DNA from: Chromera velia
Lineage: Eukaryota
Length of the DNA stretch: 56,573 nucleotides
Reading direction: 5' to 3'
Assembly (NCBI GenBank): GCA_018398765.1
Contig: JAHBMJ010000181.1
Location: 1 to 56,573 of the forward strand
Shown here: in pieces, positions 37,990-48,976 of the stretch
Numbering within the stretch: position 1 is the stretch's first letter
Layout of the letters: each line of letters opens with the position of its first letter
Notes under the pieces: generated by a model
Database searches by the model: none
What the model was told of the DNA's origin: nothing
Seen by the model: only the letters and a program-made list of their open reading frames with translations
Translations under genes and position numbers: made by a program

Positions 37990-40900
37990 TCATATGTAGA
38001 TTATTTTAGAACAAAACAAAGAAAGGACAAAGAGAAGACCATCATCACCAGTCCGACGGACTGCAGACATGAACAAATCAAGCAAAAACAAAACAGGCCA
38101 TCTCAAAATATACAACTCCAAAAACAGAAAAGTAAGTTCGTCAACCAGGACAACCGCAGGTACATTACAAGAAAGAAGTGTCCGAATAAGATGAGAGGAT
38201 ATTAGGCCCTTCTTAGCCGAAACAGAAGGAACACAGGAGAAAGCATACATCAGATGCACTCTACGAAGTGAAGGTAGGTTAGGAAAAGACGACCATCCTC
38301 CAGAAATGGGCAACAGAGAAAAAGCAACCAAATCACGAAAGAAATTAAAAAGAACATCACGGTTAGGATTAACAGCAGCAAAAAGCAAAATCGAAGGAGA
38401 TTCCGGCAAAGAGAAAAGACGCAGACCAAGCACCGTAGATCCCTTCTGACGCTCTAAAATGTATGTAGGACTGTAGAAGTCTTCCTCAAGTAACTTTTCC
38501 ATGATGGGGTCATCCGACACGTCACTCATACCACAGTCAGACCTAAAAACAATCGTTCTATCGTCCATATATCTCCCTGCTATCCATTTCTCCCCCTCCC
38601 ATGAAGGCTTCGATCTCATCAATGCAACAGAGTACTCTTTCCACGAGGCAAAAAATCGGGCCTCGCCAGGAGAGCATGGACTCCCTTGAGGAAAACCTTC
38701 ATGCCGTTTGACCATCTTCCCTCGAACTCGAATTACATTCGAAACAAAATCAAGATTAATTATACGAACCAGCATATCAAGAGGGCAAGAAAGTGCATTC
38801 GCATAATTGCAGTGGGAGGATAAAAAAGCACTAGGTTTTAAGTAACGTCTCCAAGAATACCACTTCTTACGCTTTCCCGGACCCGCCTCCTTAATACAAA
38901 AAGACTTATGGGTCGGCAACACAACAAAGCGATATCTAGAGGAAGAATGAATGAAATGAATAAAGTTATTCAAACAAGAAAGGAAATTAGCTCTGGATAG
39001 AGAGGGAAAAAATGCTTTGATGTCGTCCACCAGTAGACCAAGTCCACTCCGAGGCCAATACGAATTAGAAGAAACACAAGAGCCACGATTTGCAAGTCTC
39101 CCAAACCCTGAATTAAAGATCCCAACCTTATCCTGAAAAGCAAAGACAGAGTCAAAGTCACAATGCGGCGAAAAGTAAGAAAGACAGCCATTCAAAGCCT
39201 TGCAAAGGAAAGAGAAAATCTCACGTCTGGCATGCCTCTTGTAAGATACCAATGGCCTGTACTTCAAAGAGGACCAAGACTCAGGGAGCTCCCCCTCAAC
39301 TCCCCAAGACTTATGTTTCACCCAAAGGATCCCAATCCCAAAGTGGTGTTTCTTCCTGTCGAATTTCTTGAACTGATTCAAAAAAGACACCCATGCATCC
39401 TTTTTATTCTGAAAACCATTCTCCAGAAGGTCCAGAGAAGCAGAAAACTCACCCTCCCCAATTTTTCTATAAGAAGAATCAAAAAGAAAAGCTCTCGCCA
39501 CTGCCTCAATGTATTTCCCTTTACACAAAAAAGCCAGATCTCCTCTGGCCTTATCAACTAGCATAACCGCTAGAGCAGTCAATAACTTTCTGATTGCCAT
39601 AGACTGATTGCCATAGACTTCCTTGGGACGGCCGGCCCCTTTCTCATTTGCCTGAGCATACGAAAGCGTTGAAACCCACCACTCCCGAAGGTCGGCAATC
39701 ATTGCAGGAGACAAGACCCCTTTCATTGACCTGCCTCTTGNGGGCAAGAAAGTGCATTCGCATAATTGCAGTGGGAGGATAAAAAAGCACTAGGTTTTAA
39801 GTAACGTCTCCAAGAATACCACTTCTTACGCTTTCCCGGACCCGCCTCCTTAATACAAAAAGACTTATGGGTCGGCAACACAACAAAGCGATATCTAGAG
39901 GAAGAATGAATGAAATGAATAAAGTTATTCAAACAAGAAAGGAAATTAGCTCTGGATAGAGAGGGAAAAAATGCTTTGATGTCGTCCACCAGTAGACCAA
40001 GTCCACTCCGAGGCCAATACGAATTAGAAGAAACACAAGAGCCACGATTTGCAAGTCTCCCAAACCCTGAATTAAAGATCCCAACCTTATCCTGAAAAGC
40101 AAAGACAGAGTCAAAGTCACAATGCGGCGAAAAGTAAGAAAGACAGCCATTCAAAGCCTTGCAAAGGAAAGAGAAAATCTCACGTCTGGCATGCCTCTTG
40201 TAAGATACCAATGGCCTGTACTTCAAAGAGGACCAAGACTCAGGGAGCTCCCCCTCAACTCCCCAAGACTTACGTTTCACCCAAAGGATCCCAATCCCAA
40301 AGTGGTGTTTCTTCCTGTCGAATTTCTTGAACTGATTCAAAAAAGACACCCATGCATCCTTTTTATTCTGAAAACCATTCTCCAGAAGGTCCAGAGAAGC
40401 AGAAAACTCACCCTCCCCAATTTTTCTATAAGAAGAATCAAAAAGAAAAGCTCTCGCCACTGCCTCAATGTATTTCCCTTTACACAAAAAAGCCAGATCT
40501 CCTCTGGCCTTATCAACTAGCATAACCGCTAGAGCAGTCAATAACTTTCTGATTGCCATAGACTGATTGCCATAGACTTCCTTGGGACGGCCGGCCCCTT
40601 TCTCATTTGCCTGAGCATACGAAAGCGTTGAAACCCACCACTCCCGAAGGTCGGCAATCATTGCAGGAGACAAGACCCCTTTCATTGACCTGCCTCTTGT
40701 ATTCTCCCTCCCCCTCCCCCTTCCCATTATCCTTCCTAGACCAACCCCGTCCCGAGTGCCACCATCAGAAGTGAGAACAGAACGGAGGAAAGACTCAATA
40801 CCCTTCGAGACAACATTCCATGCACCAGTGTTAGGCCATAATTTGGCCTTGGAAGAAAAGTTAGGAGGAAGAGAGAAGAAAGATCTAAGAGAAGAAGATG

Positions 40901-42557
40901 CAGACAGTAGACAACACACATGACCATCAAGCAAAGGAAGATCAAATAATTCCGCAATCTCTCTACAATGACATGACGATCCATAAGAAGAACCTTCACC
41001 CCCTCCTCCTTCCCCACAAATCCCATATGTATTGTCCAAAGTCTGTTGGAGATCAGTCAGCTTTGTAGGGAGAAGGCGAAGCCTCATGTTTAACAATGGA
41101 GACACAGTTTTCCTTATCTCCTCAAACATGGCAAAATAAAAAGATCGGAAAAAAAACAAGTCGGCGAGGGGCACCCGAATCGTAATCAGCTCCTCTCTGA
41201 GCAAAGTCGCTGCTGACTAGCCATTGAACTTGCACATTCGTCTCACATTCAAGTCAAAAGTTGCCTTCCCTCCCCCAAGAATCCCGCCCCTGGGCACCAT
41301 GCGCATACATGCACTCAAATCATTCTTCGTCGTATCAAATGAACGAAAAGACGAATCGGGAAGGACCTTCTTGAACAATGCAGTCAGCAGTCGTGCACAA
41401 AAAAGAGAAATCACGTCCCCTTCCCCTCTTTTCGCCCCCACACCCTCTTTGCCAGTGACCCTATAGAGGAAAAGGGAGCGAGATTGGAAAATGCCCCCTT
41501 TATCAACTCTTCCCGCCAACTTCAACATGTGAACAGAAGATTCAAGTCTCCTCCTCAGACTTGAGACCCTGTCACTACACCTGCACGCAATTGAGCGAAC
41601 ATCCCTTTTATTAGGGTCCCTCAAATTACGCACCGGGTCATTCTTGAATCTCTTCAACACACCAATTGTATTCCATGTAGGTTTGTATGCACGAATACAT
41701 AAGTATTCCATCATGCGCAAATTCATCTGACCACCCTCAATCTTTGTAATAGGAAGGATAACAAAGAGGCCATGTCTGGAAGCATCAGCAGACAAAACAG
41801 AATAGAAGCGATATGCATACCCACGACCCATCTTATTACATTTCTTCCCAACGCGACATGGTTTTAATGCACTCGTGAGGTGCTGAAAGAACCGATCGAG
41901 CGCCCTACCAACGGTACTTCCAATATAAAAGCCTCTCTTCCATTGTGACCAAATCAAATATATTACTCCCTTGTCCCACCATGATGCATCCTCTCCCACC
42001 CCCGCACAAGCATTCTTGACCTCTCTCAGAAAGGAAGAATATTTCATATTAGACAGACCTAACCATGTAGAAGCAGCCAGCGAATGGGAATATACAAGTC
42101 TCCTCAAACATTTCTGACTAAACCCTCTCTTAAAGACAGTCCGAAGCTTGCAAGAAGGATTCATCACATCCTCAGGAGACGCAGGCATAACATGGAGAGT
42201 GTATGAAGGTGGCTGTGTTATCTGAATGACAAGAACCGTCGTCAATGGGCAATCGCATCTGTGAATCTCCAATACGCAAACAGGACAGGCTTGAACTGCG
42301 TGCACATGGAGGGATGCAACAAACATCCGCACCCCAGCCAATCTGAGGGAAAGACGATCAAGGTCAGACTCCACTTTCTCTCTCACACTTTCCCTGCCAA
42401 AACCCCTTCCATTCCCTGTATCCTTCCCAATCACTCCAACCAGTTCCCTCACTTTCTCATGTAATTCATCAGACAAAGACAACAAAAAAGAGGAATCAAA
42501 ATTAATTTGAACATTCAACTGACCACTGCTCCTCCTGACATGCTCTTGAGTCCCTAG
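37990..42557 (-). pseudogene. GIY-YIG endonuclease + reverse transcriptase ORF of PLE-1
   Basis: GVIYLIW..FYIGST..R..QH..E..WN, then CHC..GHV, VDKARGDLAFLCKGKY, VKHK..KYRPLV, DDIKAFFPSL, GFPQGSPCS and RYMDD. One in-frame TAG at 41217. A 959-bp duplication around the N at 39741 is probably an assembly artefact. Confidence 0.9.
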
Positions 42558-44175
42558 TCACTCAAGTCCCAGCTGGCGACCTCCCATTCCCTTCTCCCCC
42601 TCTCCTTCCTTCTTCTGCTGCAGACAGAGAGCCTCAACCCTCTTCTTCTGTATGATGAAAGCATAAACGAGTTCCAGAAGGTCACAGCCCTCCAGATCCC
42701 CGTCCACTGCACTGTCCCTCAGCGCTGAGATCATCTCCCTCCTCATCTGGCCCCGCCGTGTTTCACTGTACATGACAGACACCATCAGTCTGGCATCATC
42801 TATACATTCTTGCCAGAGTTTCCCCCCTAGACCTCCATTCTTCGGTTGTCGATATACCGGAAGGTCAACCAGTGTCTCGTATGCGATCCTCCCACCTACC
42901 ATCGGCACATTTAGGGGGAAGATTTGCATTTCATTCATTGTGGGCCTGTCCCTCCCAGCAGACGATGGTCTGAAAGGCGTCATAGCTCTCTTTCACATCT
43001 GCTGACCCTCTCCCTCTCTCTCCTCCATGGATTTTGGGGTCACGAACCCCGAGTTTGTATTCCCCTGCTTCCCCTCCAAGGAATGCGTTACCTGCCTCAC
43101 TCGCTTAGGTGACCCTGTCCCTGTCTGCCTCCCAAAGCTATCCTGCATCCCTCCCCCCCCCACCCCGTTCGCCCCTGTATTACCGTTCACTCTCGGCCTT
43201 CCGTTAGACACCATCAGACTAATTCCCCCATCCCCGTTCTTCCCATCATTCATCCCTCTGTTCACCATTCCAACCCCCCCCAGTCTGGCGTACATCCACC
43301 CCTGTGTTCGGAATCCCCTTCTCTGTCACCCCAGAGCCATCTACATCTACATCCTCAACTGTGATCCCCCCTGATTGGATGTCACAGATCGGGTACATAG
43401 AGTGTTTCCCACCCATCGGCCAACTCCCCCCTCCTCTCCGGGTTTTCTTCATCTCTTCCTGAAGACGAACAACCCACCCATGAATTTCCATGACTCCATG
43501 CTCTTTCACCATCTCCGTCACTGAGCACAACATCTCACTCGCCACATCTACCTGTGCCCCCGCTCTGGCAGCTATATATTCAGTGGCCAGGTGTGCGTCA
43601 ATGTATGCAGCCCCCTCACTTCTCACTTTGTTTGTCAGCCTCCGGTTGTATTCTCTGTATTCCATTCCCTTCTGCATCATCATATACTCCTTTTTGGATT
43701 TCGAGAACACCCTGTCGAGCGGTATCTGAAGCATTGGCATCAACACCCCCTCCACCATCTCATCACACGCTTCTTTCACCTCCATCATTCCGATATGTGC
43801 CTTTTCGTTTATCTCTCCCCCCTTCTTCATTTTCCTCAACGGCACGATCAGTCTATCGTATGCCTTTTTATTCATTACCTCCACCTTCATAGAGGACTCG
43901 AGGGCATCCTTGTTCATGGCTTTCAAATTCGCAGCGTCTGCCACCCTCATCTTCACCAGGACCTATTCTGTTATTCCCGTCTTCTCTGTGTCGAACGTAT
44001 GGATGATGACTTCGTCCGCCTTCAGCTCATGACCCGGTAGATATCGTTTCACAACCATTCTATCTGGGATCCTCTTCCTTGGCTCAACCATTCTCCCCAT
44101 ATCCGGGGGCGCCTCTTCCACTTCCACCTGACCGAGCCGTTCTTTCACTGACTTGTACATCTCTGAGTCCCTCAA
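42558..44175 (-). pseudogene. ORF1 of PLE-1 (about 540 codons, unknown family)
   Basis: Track ORFs 43963-44175, 43246-43956, 42993-43295 and 42558-42983 join through one TAG, one frameshift in a G run near 43275 and one TGA. Confidence 0.7.
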
Positions 44176-45144
44176 GTGCCTAAGAATCAGTCTATAAGGA
44201 CAGTAGAGAGACTGGACCTCACTGCATACACATGACGGTCTATAGAACTCTAAGGTTCAAGGTAAGGAGCCAACCTGGAAAAAGAATCTATAATAGAGAT
44301 TCTAAGAAATTGAAAGTCTCTTCCAACAGCTGAGATCCTATGTTGTCTATGCACAAATATGTTGGTAGGAGCACACGGTCAATCTACCATAATCCAGTAC
44401 AATCCAACAAGCTGCTGTCTGATTCAATTGGAATTTATCGAATACATGCTAATTACACGACATACAAAAGACGCATGCATGCGAAAAACCATCGGAGACT
44501 GACGCTTCGCATACACGCCGAGCTAAACATTAATAGCTCGAAATCAGCATACCAATTAATCGCAGTATTACGTCGATCCTTGCAAGCCGATGGATAGACT
44601 GTTAAAAAATGGCCCGAAAATCAAAAAAATTGTATGGCAGCCTATATTTCTAGAAATGGCATTGATATAAAAAATCTGTTCCATAGTTATCCACAGTTCT
44701 TTTTTTATTGTTACAACGTCTTTTTATACAAAGTTTCAGCTTCTAACTCCTTACCAATTCTCAGAACGAGTTTTTTATGGAAATACGCCGCTTTAGAGAG
44801 GCAAAAAATACCCTACTCGCCCCCAGCATGCGCTCCCCGTCTCCAGTCTCTCCCGACTTCATAACAATTTTCATCTCCCGTCTCCAGGTTCTTTCTCAAG
44901 CGCTGAGAAAAGAAAGTTCCGACCAGACCAGAAGAGCAAGAGAATAGAGCTCTGGCCAGCTGACACGGGACGCAAGGGGTCTCTAACACCCTCTTTCACA
45001 GTCTCCTGACTGTGCCCGCAGCGGTTTGAAAAAGAGAGACGGATTGATGTAGACTGTCTCTCTGAAAGAAGCTGAAAGAAACAAAGTGACAATTAAATCT
45101 AGAACAGAGAGAAGTAGTCGACTCTTGCTGAAGCCATCACTACG

Positions 45145-45603
45145 TGTAACAACTTCCTGCTGCTTTGGAGGTAGCGGCAGAACAGACGGAGAGCTAGGCT
45201 AGAGATGCGGCCTAGACATAGAGATGGATCTACAAACTCTACAAGACTCTAGCTCAGTCCGAATTCTTCTGTCAGCTAAAAGATTGGATATGGGAAGATC
45301 CTTAGCCATTTGTAGAGTCAAGAGGCTTATAGTTAGGAGTTCTGCTAGCTAGCGATGCATTCATTCAAGAGAGGACAGGCTCACGACTAGACTCACAACC
45401 GAACGAATGGAATAAACAATTTCAGCAAGACGGCTGCGGTCAGATTAAAACTGACCAGACCAGGTTCCCGTGCGAATGCAAAGACAAGCTTTCCGGGGCT
45501 AAGCAGACAGAACGCGGCGGCGGGCGATCGAAGCAAAGGCGGTGCGCATGCGAGAAGGACCAAACGGCGGCGGCAGGATGGTGCTAGGAGGTAGGACACT
45601 ACA
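45145..45603 (-). repeat. 5' LTR
   Basis: Same termini and colinear similarity with 33489-33938. No canonical TGG PBS seen. Confidence 0.85.
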
Positions 45604-46470
45604 ATATATTGAGTGCATAGCCAAAAGGAGATATAGACCCTAAAAATTTGTTTTTGGTGATGAAAACAAGGCTGGAATACTCAGTTAAAGCAATATAGAA
45701 GCTACGATAAAGTAAATCTAGGTTTGAGTAGAGACAAACAAAATGTAAACGTAAAATTATGAACCAGTGAAACTAAGAACCTTCTTAGCTACTGAAACTG
45801 GGTACCAGTATAGACCAATAATTATGACTTCAAGACAAAATCGCTTTGTAATTAGTGACAATTGCCTTTAAAACACGTATTAAAGACTACTAAAAATCAC
45901 ACTTTTGGGCTAAAAAAATAATTAAAATATTTAATCGCCCCTCCACACTCCTTGCACTTGTTTCATTCGCGGCCGTGCTCACAGATACTGCCAGAAGATC
46001 TTTTAATTCTTCCTGCAGGAAGAATTAAAAGACCTGCAGGAAGAATTAAAAGATCCAGGAAGAATTAAAAGATCTTTTGATAGTATCATCCCCTGGGTGG
46101 CCTAAAGAAATTTCCTATTTTTTATTTTTTAATTTTTTTCTATTTTCTATTTTTTATTTTTTATTTTTTTCAGAACCAGACTCTTCATTCTATGCTATTT
46201 TATTTTATCTTTATCATTTTTTCTTTAACCTTTTTTTTGAAAAAACTGTTTGCAAATAATATGCAAAATTGAATTTTTTTAAAAAAAACTGTTTGCAGAT
46301 AATATGCAAAATTAAAAAATTTGAAAAACGGCTCCGCGTCTCGACAGACGCCTGTAGTTTAGATACACTCTTTTCTTCTTTGTCTATGTCAAAGGTGACA
46401 TAAACAAGAAAAGGAGTGAAGATTGTTGTAGAACATTGGTTTCACTATTTAGGACCTCTGTTACGAGAAA

Positions 46471-46538
46471 AGGAACTGAATTCCTCCTGATGAGAAGCGC
46501 TGGCTTCGAAACGCGTTGAGTTTCTATTCAGTTTTCCT
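46471..46538 (+). ncRNA. Minimal type I hammerhead ribozyme (5' pLTR)
   Basis: CUC-CUGAUGA-GAAGC gcug GCUUC-GAA-ACGCGU-U-GAG, with stem I extended by CUGAAU/AUUCAG and AGGAA/UUCCU. Predicted cleavage after 46517 (GUU). Confidence 0.9.
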
Positions 46539-46638
46539 GGTCTCACAATCGCTGAAGAAAGAGACTACTAAAAAAATTATCTATCGGTTTACCGATCTCT
46601 TTCTTTAGTTCTATTCTTTACTTCAGTCCTCATAAGTC

Positions 46639-48732
46639 ATAGACTTGGAGGAGAGCCGCGCATTTATTTCACGTTTTCTTCTTCCTACGCCCGCGGAAGA
46701 TCTAGAGCCCAACGTTCAGCCCCAGATCGCGGGACGCACTTTGTTGTGTTACAAAAAATATGTCAAAATTGGACAGTCTCAATTTTTTCTTTTGAAGGGG
46801 TTCGATGCTACCACCCGCGATGAGCTTGGCATTGGCAAGCACCCTTGTCTTCTCCTTGCACTGCTTCATCAGCTCGAACCCGCTCTGGTAAGAGACCTTG
46901 CGTTTGAAAGCTCGGTCCTGTGGGTGCGAGACAGAAACCCCACCCCAGAAAGAGCTGGGCTTGACCCCCTCCTTTCCTCCATTATCGACACCTTCTACCA
47001 TGACCTCTTCAAAGCTTTCCCTGCAAAAGCAGAAGAATTGCTGACCAAAGTGAAAAGAAACCCAGAAAAGTTTGGCCTGCAGATTGCGGACCCGCAAGCC
47101 GCTAGAGCTGACGCCGACGCGGGCGCACCTGCCGCAGCCGCAGCCGCACAGCACGCCGCAGGCGCAAACCCTTCCCATCAGCACGACAGTGGGGGAGCAG
47201 AAGGCGATGATGACGATTGGGAAGAGCTGGTCATCGTTGACAATGGAGACAGAAGGGACGATGGAGACGGGTCTGGAGACGGGTCAGGAAGCAATGATCA
47301 GGGCAGAGACGCACCAGCCGACCCACAGTCCCAAATCCAATCTGACGCCCCTCAGTCTCAAATCCAATCTGATGCTCCCCAGTCTCAAAACCAATCCGAC
47401 TCCCACGAGGCCTGGCTTACGAGCTCGTGCCTCCCAGTCGACAAACGGTTCTGGTACTCAGGCCTTAGAAGAACCACAGACTCCCTCCTGAAAGTAGGGA
47501 AGTCGTTTACCTATCTTCCCCAGTGGGCTGTCGACCAATTTGAGTCAGACGTCAATGACCTTTTCAGCTCGGTGCAGAGAAGCCTGAATGAGTTGAGAGT
47601 TCGAGCTCGCACTTCTGAACTATTCGCCTTCTGTAAAACAGCCTTCCAGATTCTGGAACAAGCAGATTCGCAGGCTCGAAAGCTGCAAGGCGTAGAAGGA
47701 GTCACAAAAGATGACATCAACCAAGTGGTTGCCTCCATTCTCCACCGTCACCACCGAGCGCAGGTGGCCAGAAACCGAGCTAAGCTGCAGCTCGCTCTCG
47801 CCGCAGCCACCGAGCAGAGAGAGAGAGACGCACAGGCTGACTAGCTCGAGAAGGAGCTCGGACAGTACATGTCTGAACCCTTCATGACACTGATGGGTGC
47901 TGTTGAGCACACAGTGAACAGACTGCTCAGTCAGAAAGAGAAAGAAAAAGTGGAGAACGAGAGAAAAGCACCCCTACCCGAGAAAAGAAAGCAGCCTAGA
48001 AGCCCCAACCCTAACAAGAATAAGAAACAGCGTGGGAAGGGCAACTCGCTGAACGAGAATCAAAATCCCGGATTTTCTTCGAACGCGAGAGGTGGAGGGC
48101 AACCTCAGTGGGCGTAACCCAACCAGCAGGGGGGGATGCATGGAAGACAACAGCAGGCTGGGATCTCAAACCAGAATGGGATCTTTCCATTCCCACTGAG
48201 CGAGAATCAGAACAGAAAGGCAGGACAGGGAGTGATCCCAAGTCAGCAAGTGATCCCAAGTCAGCAAGTGAACAACCCTCAGTTCTTCCAGAATGCAGAG
48301 GGGTTCACCGGACTTTTGGGTGCAGCAGTAGCGCTTGGGAATGGATGGTACCAGCAAGGTAACCACGCCTGGTGCAAAGTTCAACCCCAAGCATCCGCCC
48401 TACCCAACGGTCCGGGAGCGAATAGAATAATTTTCTCTCAGCCCCTCTTGCCTCCACCGGGCTTCCTCCCTTAAGGACCCCAGGGCCAGACCCTGCGACT
48501 CGCAAATCATCAGGGGAGAGGAACCGGAAGAGTCTCCGGCTCTCGAGGCAGAGGCCGAAGGCCTGAGGGCCCAAGACCTCCCGGGGGATTCAACAACACA
48601 GGGGATCCATCCAGAGGAAACATCAGAGGAGGATTCGCTCCTCGAGGCGCTCGAGGGGGACAGTCCCACGGAAGAAGACCTCCGAGAGGCAGTGCCTTTC
48701 GAGGAGGCACCCACGGGGGGAGAGCAGGGTGA
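46639..48732 (+). pseudogene. ORF1 of PLE-2 (helical region, Q-rich region, RGG-rich tail)
   Basis: One frame from 46645 to TGA 48730, with in-frame TAG 47842, TAA 48115 and TAA 48472. ATA at 46639 is probably a mutated ATG. Confidence 0.75.
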
Positions 48733-48976
48733 TCGCAATGAACTTTCTTCCCTTTTCCGCATTCGTCCTCTTTTCTCTCATTCCTCCTTCTTTTATTCCC
48801 CCACCCTTCCATCATAACGCTCCTCTTCTTCTTCTTCTTCCTTTTATTTTCCCGAGCTGACAAAGTTTTTCAGTCCCTCTCTGTGTCAGTTTGGAGACGA
48901 ATTCGAATTTCCTTTTTCAGAAACTTGCATCTCCACTTCGCTTGTCCGTCTTTCTCCTTCTCCCTCCCCCCTTTCC

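Larger units (their letters stand above)
37533..44598 (-). mobile_element. PLE-1: Penelope-like element of Naiad/Chlamys type (N-terminal GIY-YIG) with 311-bp direct pseudo-LTRs and an upstream ORF1
   Basis: Direct repeats at 37533-37843 and 44288-44598 enclose ORF1, GIY-YIG and a PLE-type RT. Confidence 0.9.
37290..44832. mobile_element. Long-TIR non-autonomous DNA element split by PLE-1
   Basis: Imperfect inverted arms of about 200 bp at 37290-37497 and 44625-44832 (CGCATGC...GAGTAGGGT; TTTCTAGAAATATAGGCTGCCATACAA). CT lies on both flanks, a possible 2-bp TSD. Confidence 0.8.
33489..45603 (-). mobile_element. LTR retroelement (non-autonomous or decayed) with 4-bp ATAT TSD, hosting nested insertions
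   Basis: Two TG...CA direct repeats. ATAT at 33485-33488 and 45604-45607. Polypurine tract AAGAGGGGGGGATA on the minus strand abuts the left LTR (33939-33952). No gag/pol seen. The LTRs are notably diverged, with indels. Confidence 0.75.

Noticed and set aside
38782..40699. 959-bp tandem duplication inside the PLE-1 RT, suggesting two RT genes
   Set aside because: The copies are nearly identical (one difference seen) and are joined at a single N (39741), typical of an unmerged contig overlap.
37843..42995. Selenocysteine recoding as in some Naiad elements
   Set aside because: The TGAs are not at recognisable conserved Cys positions, the EN-RT internal stop is TAG, and I saw no convincing SECIS. 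A SECISearch run would settle it.
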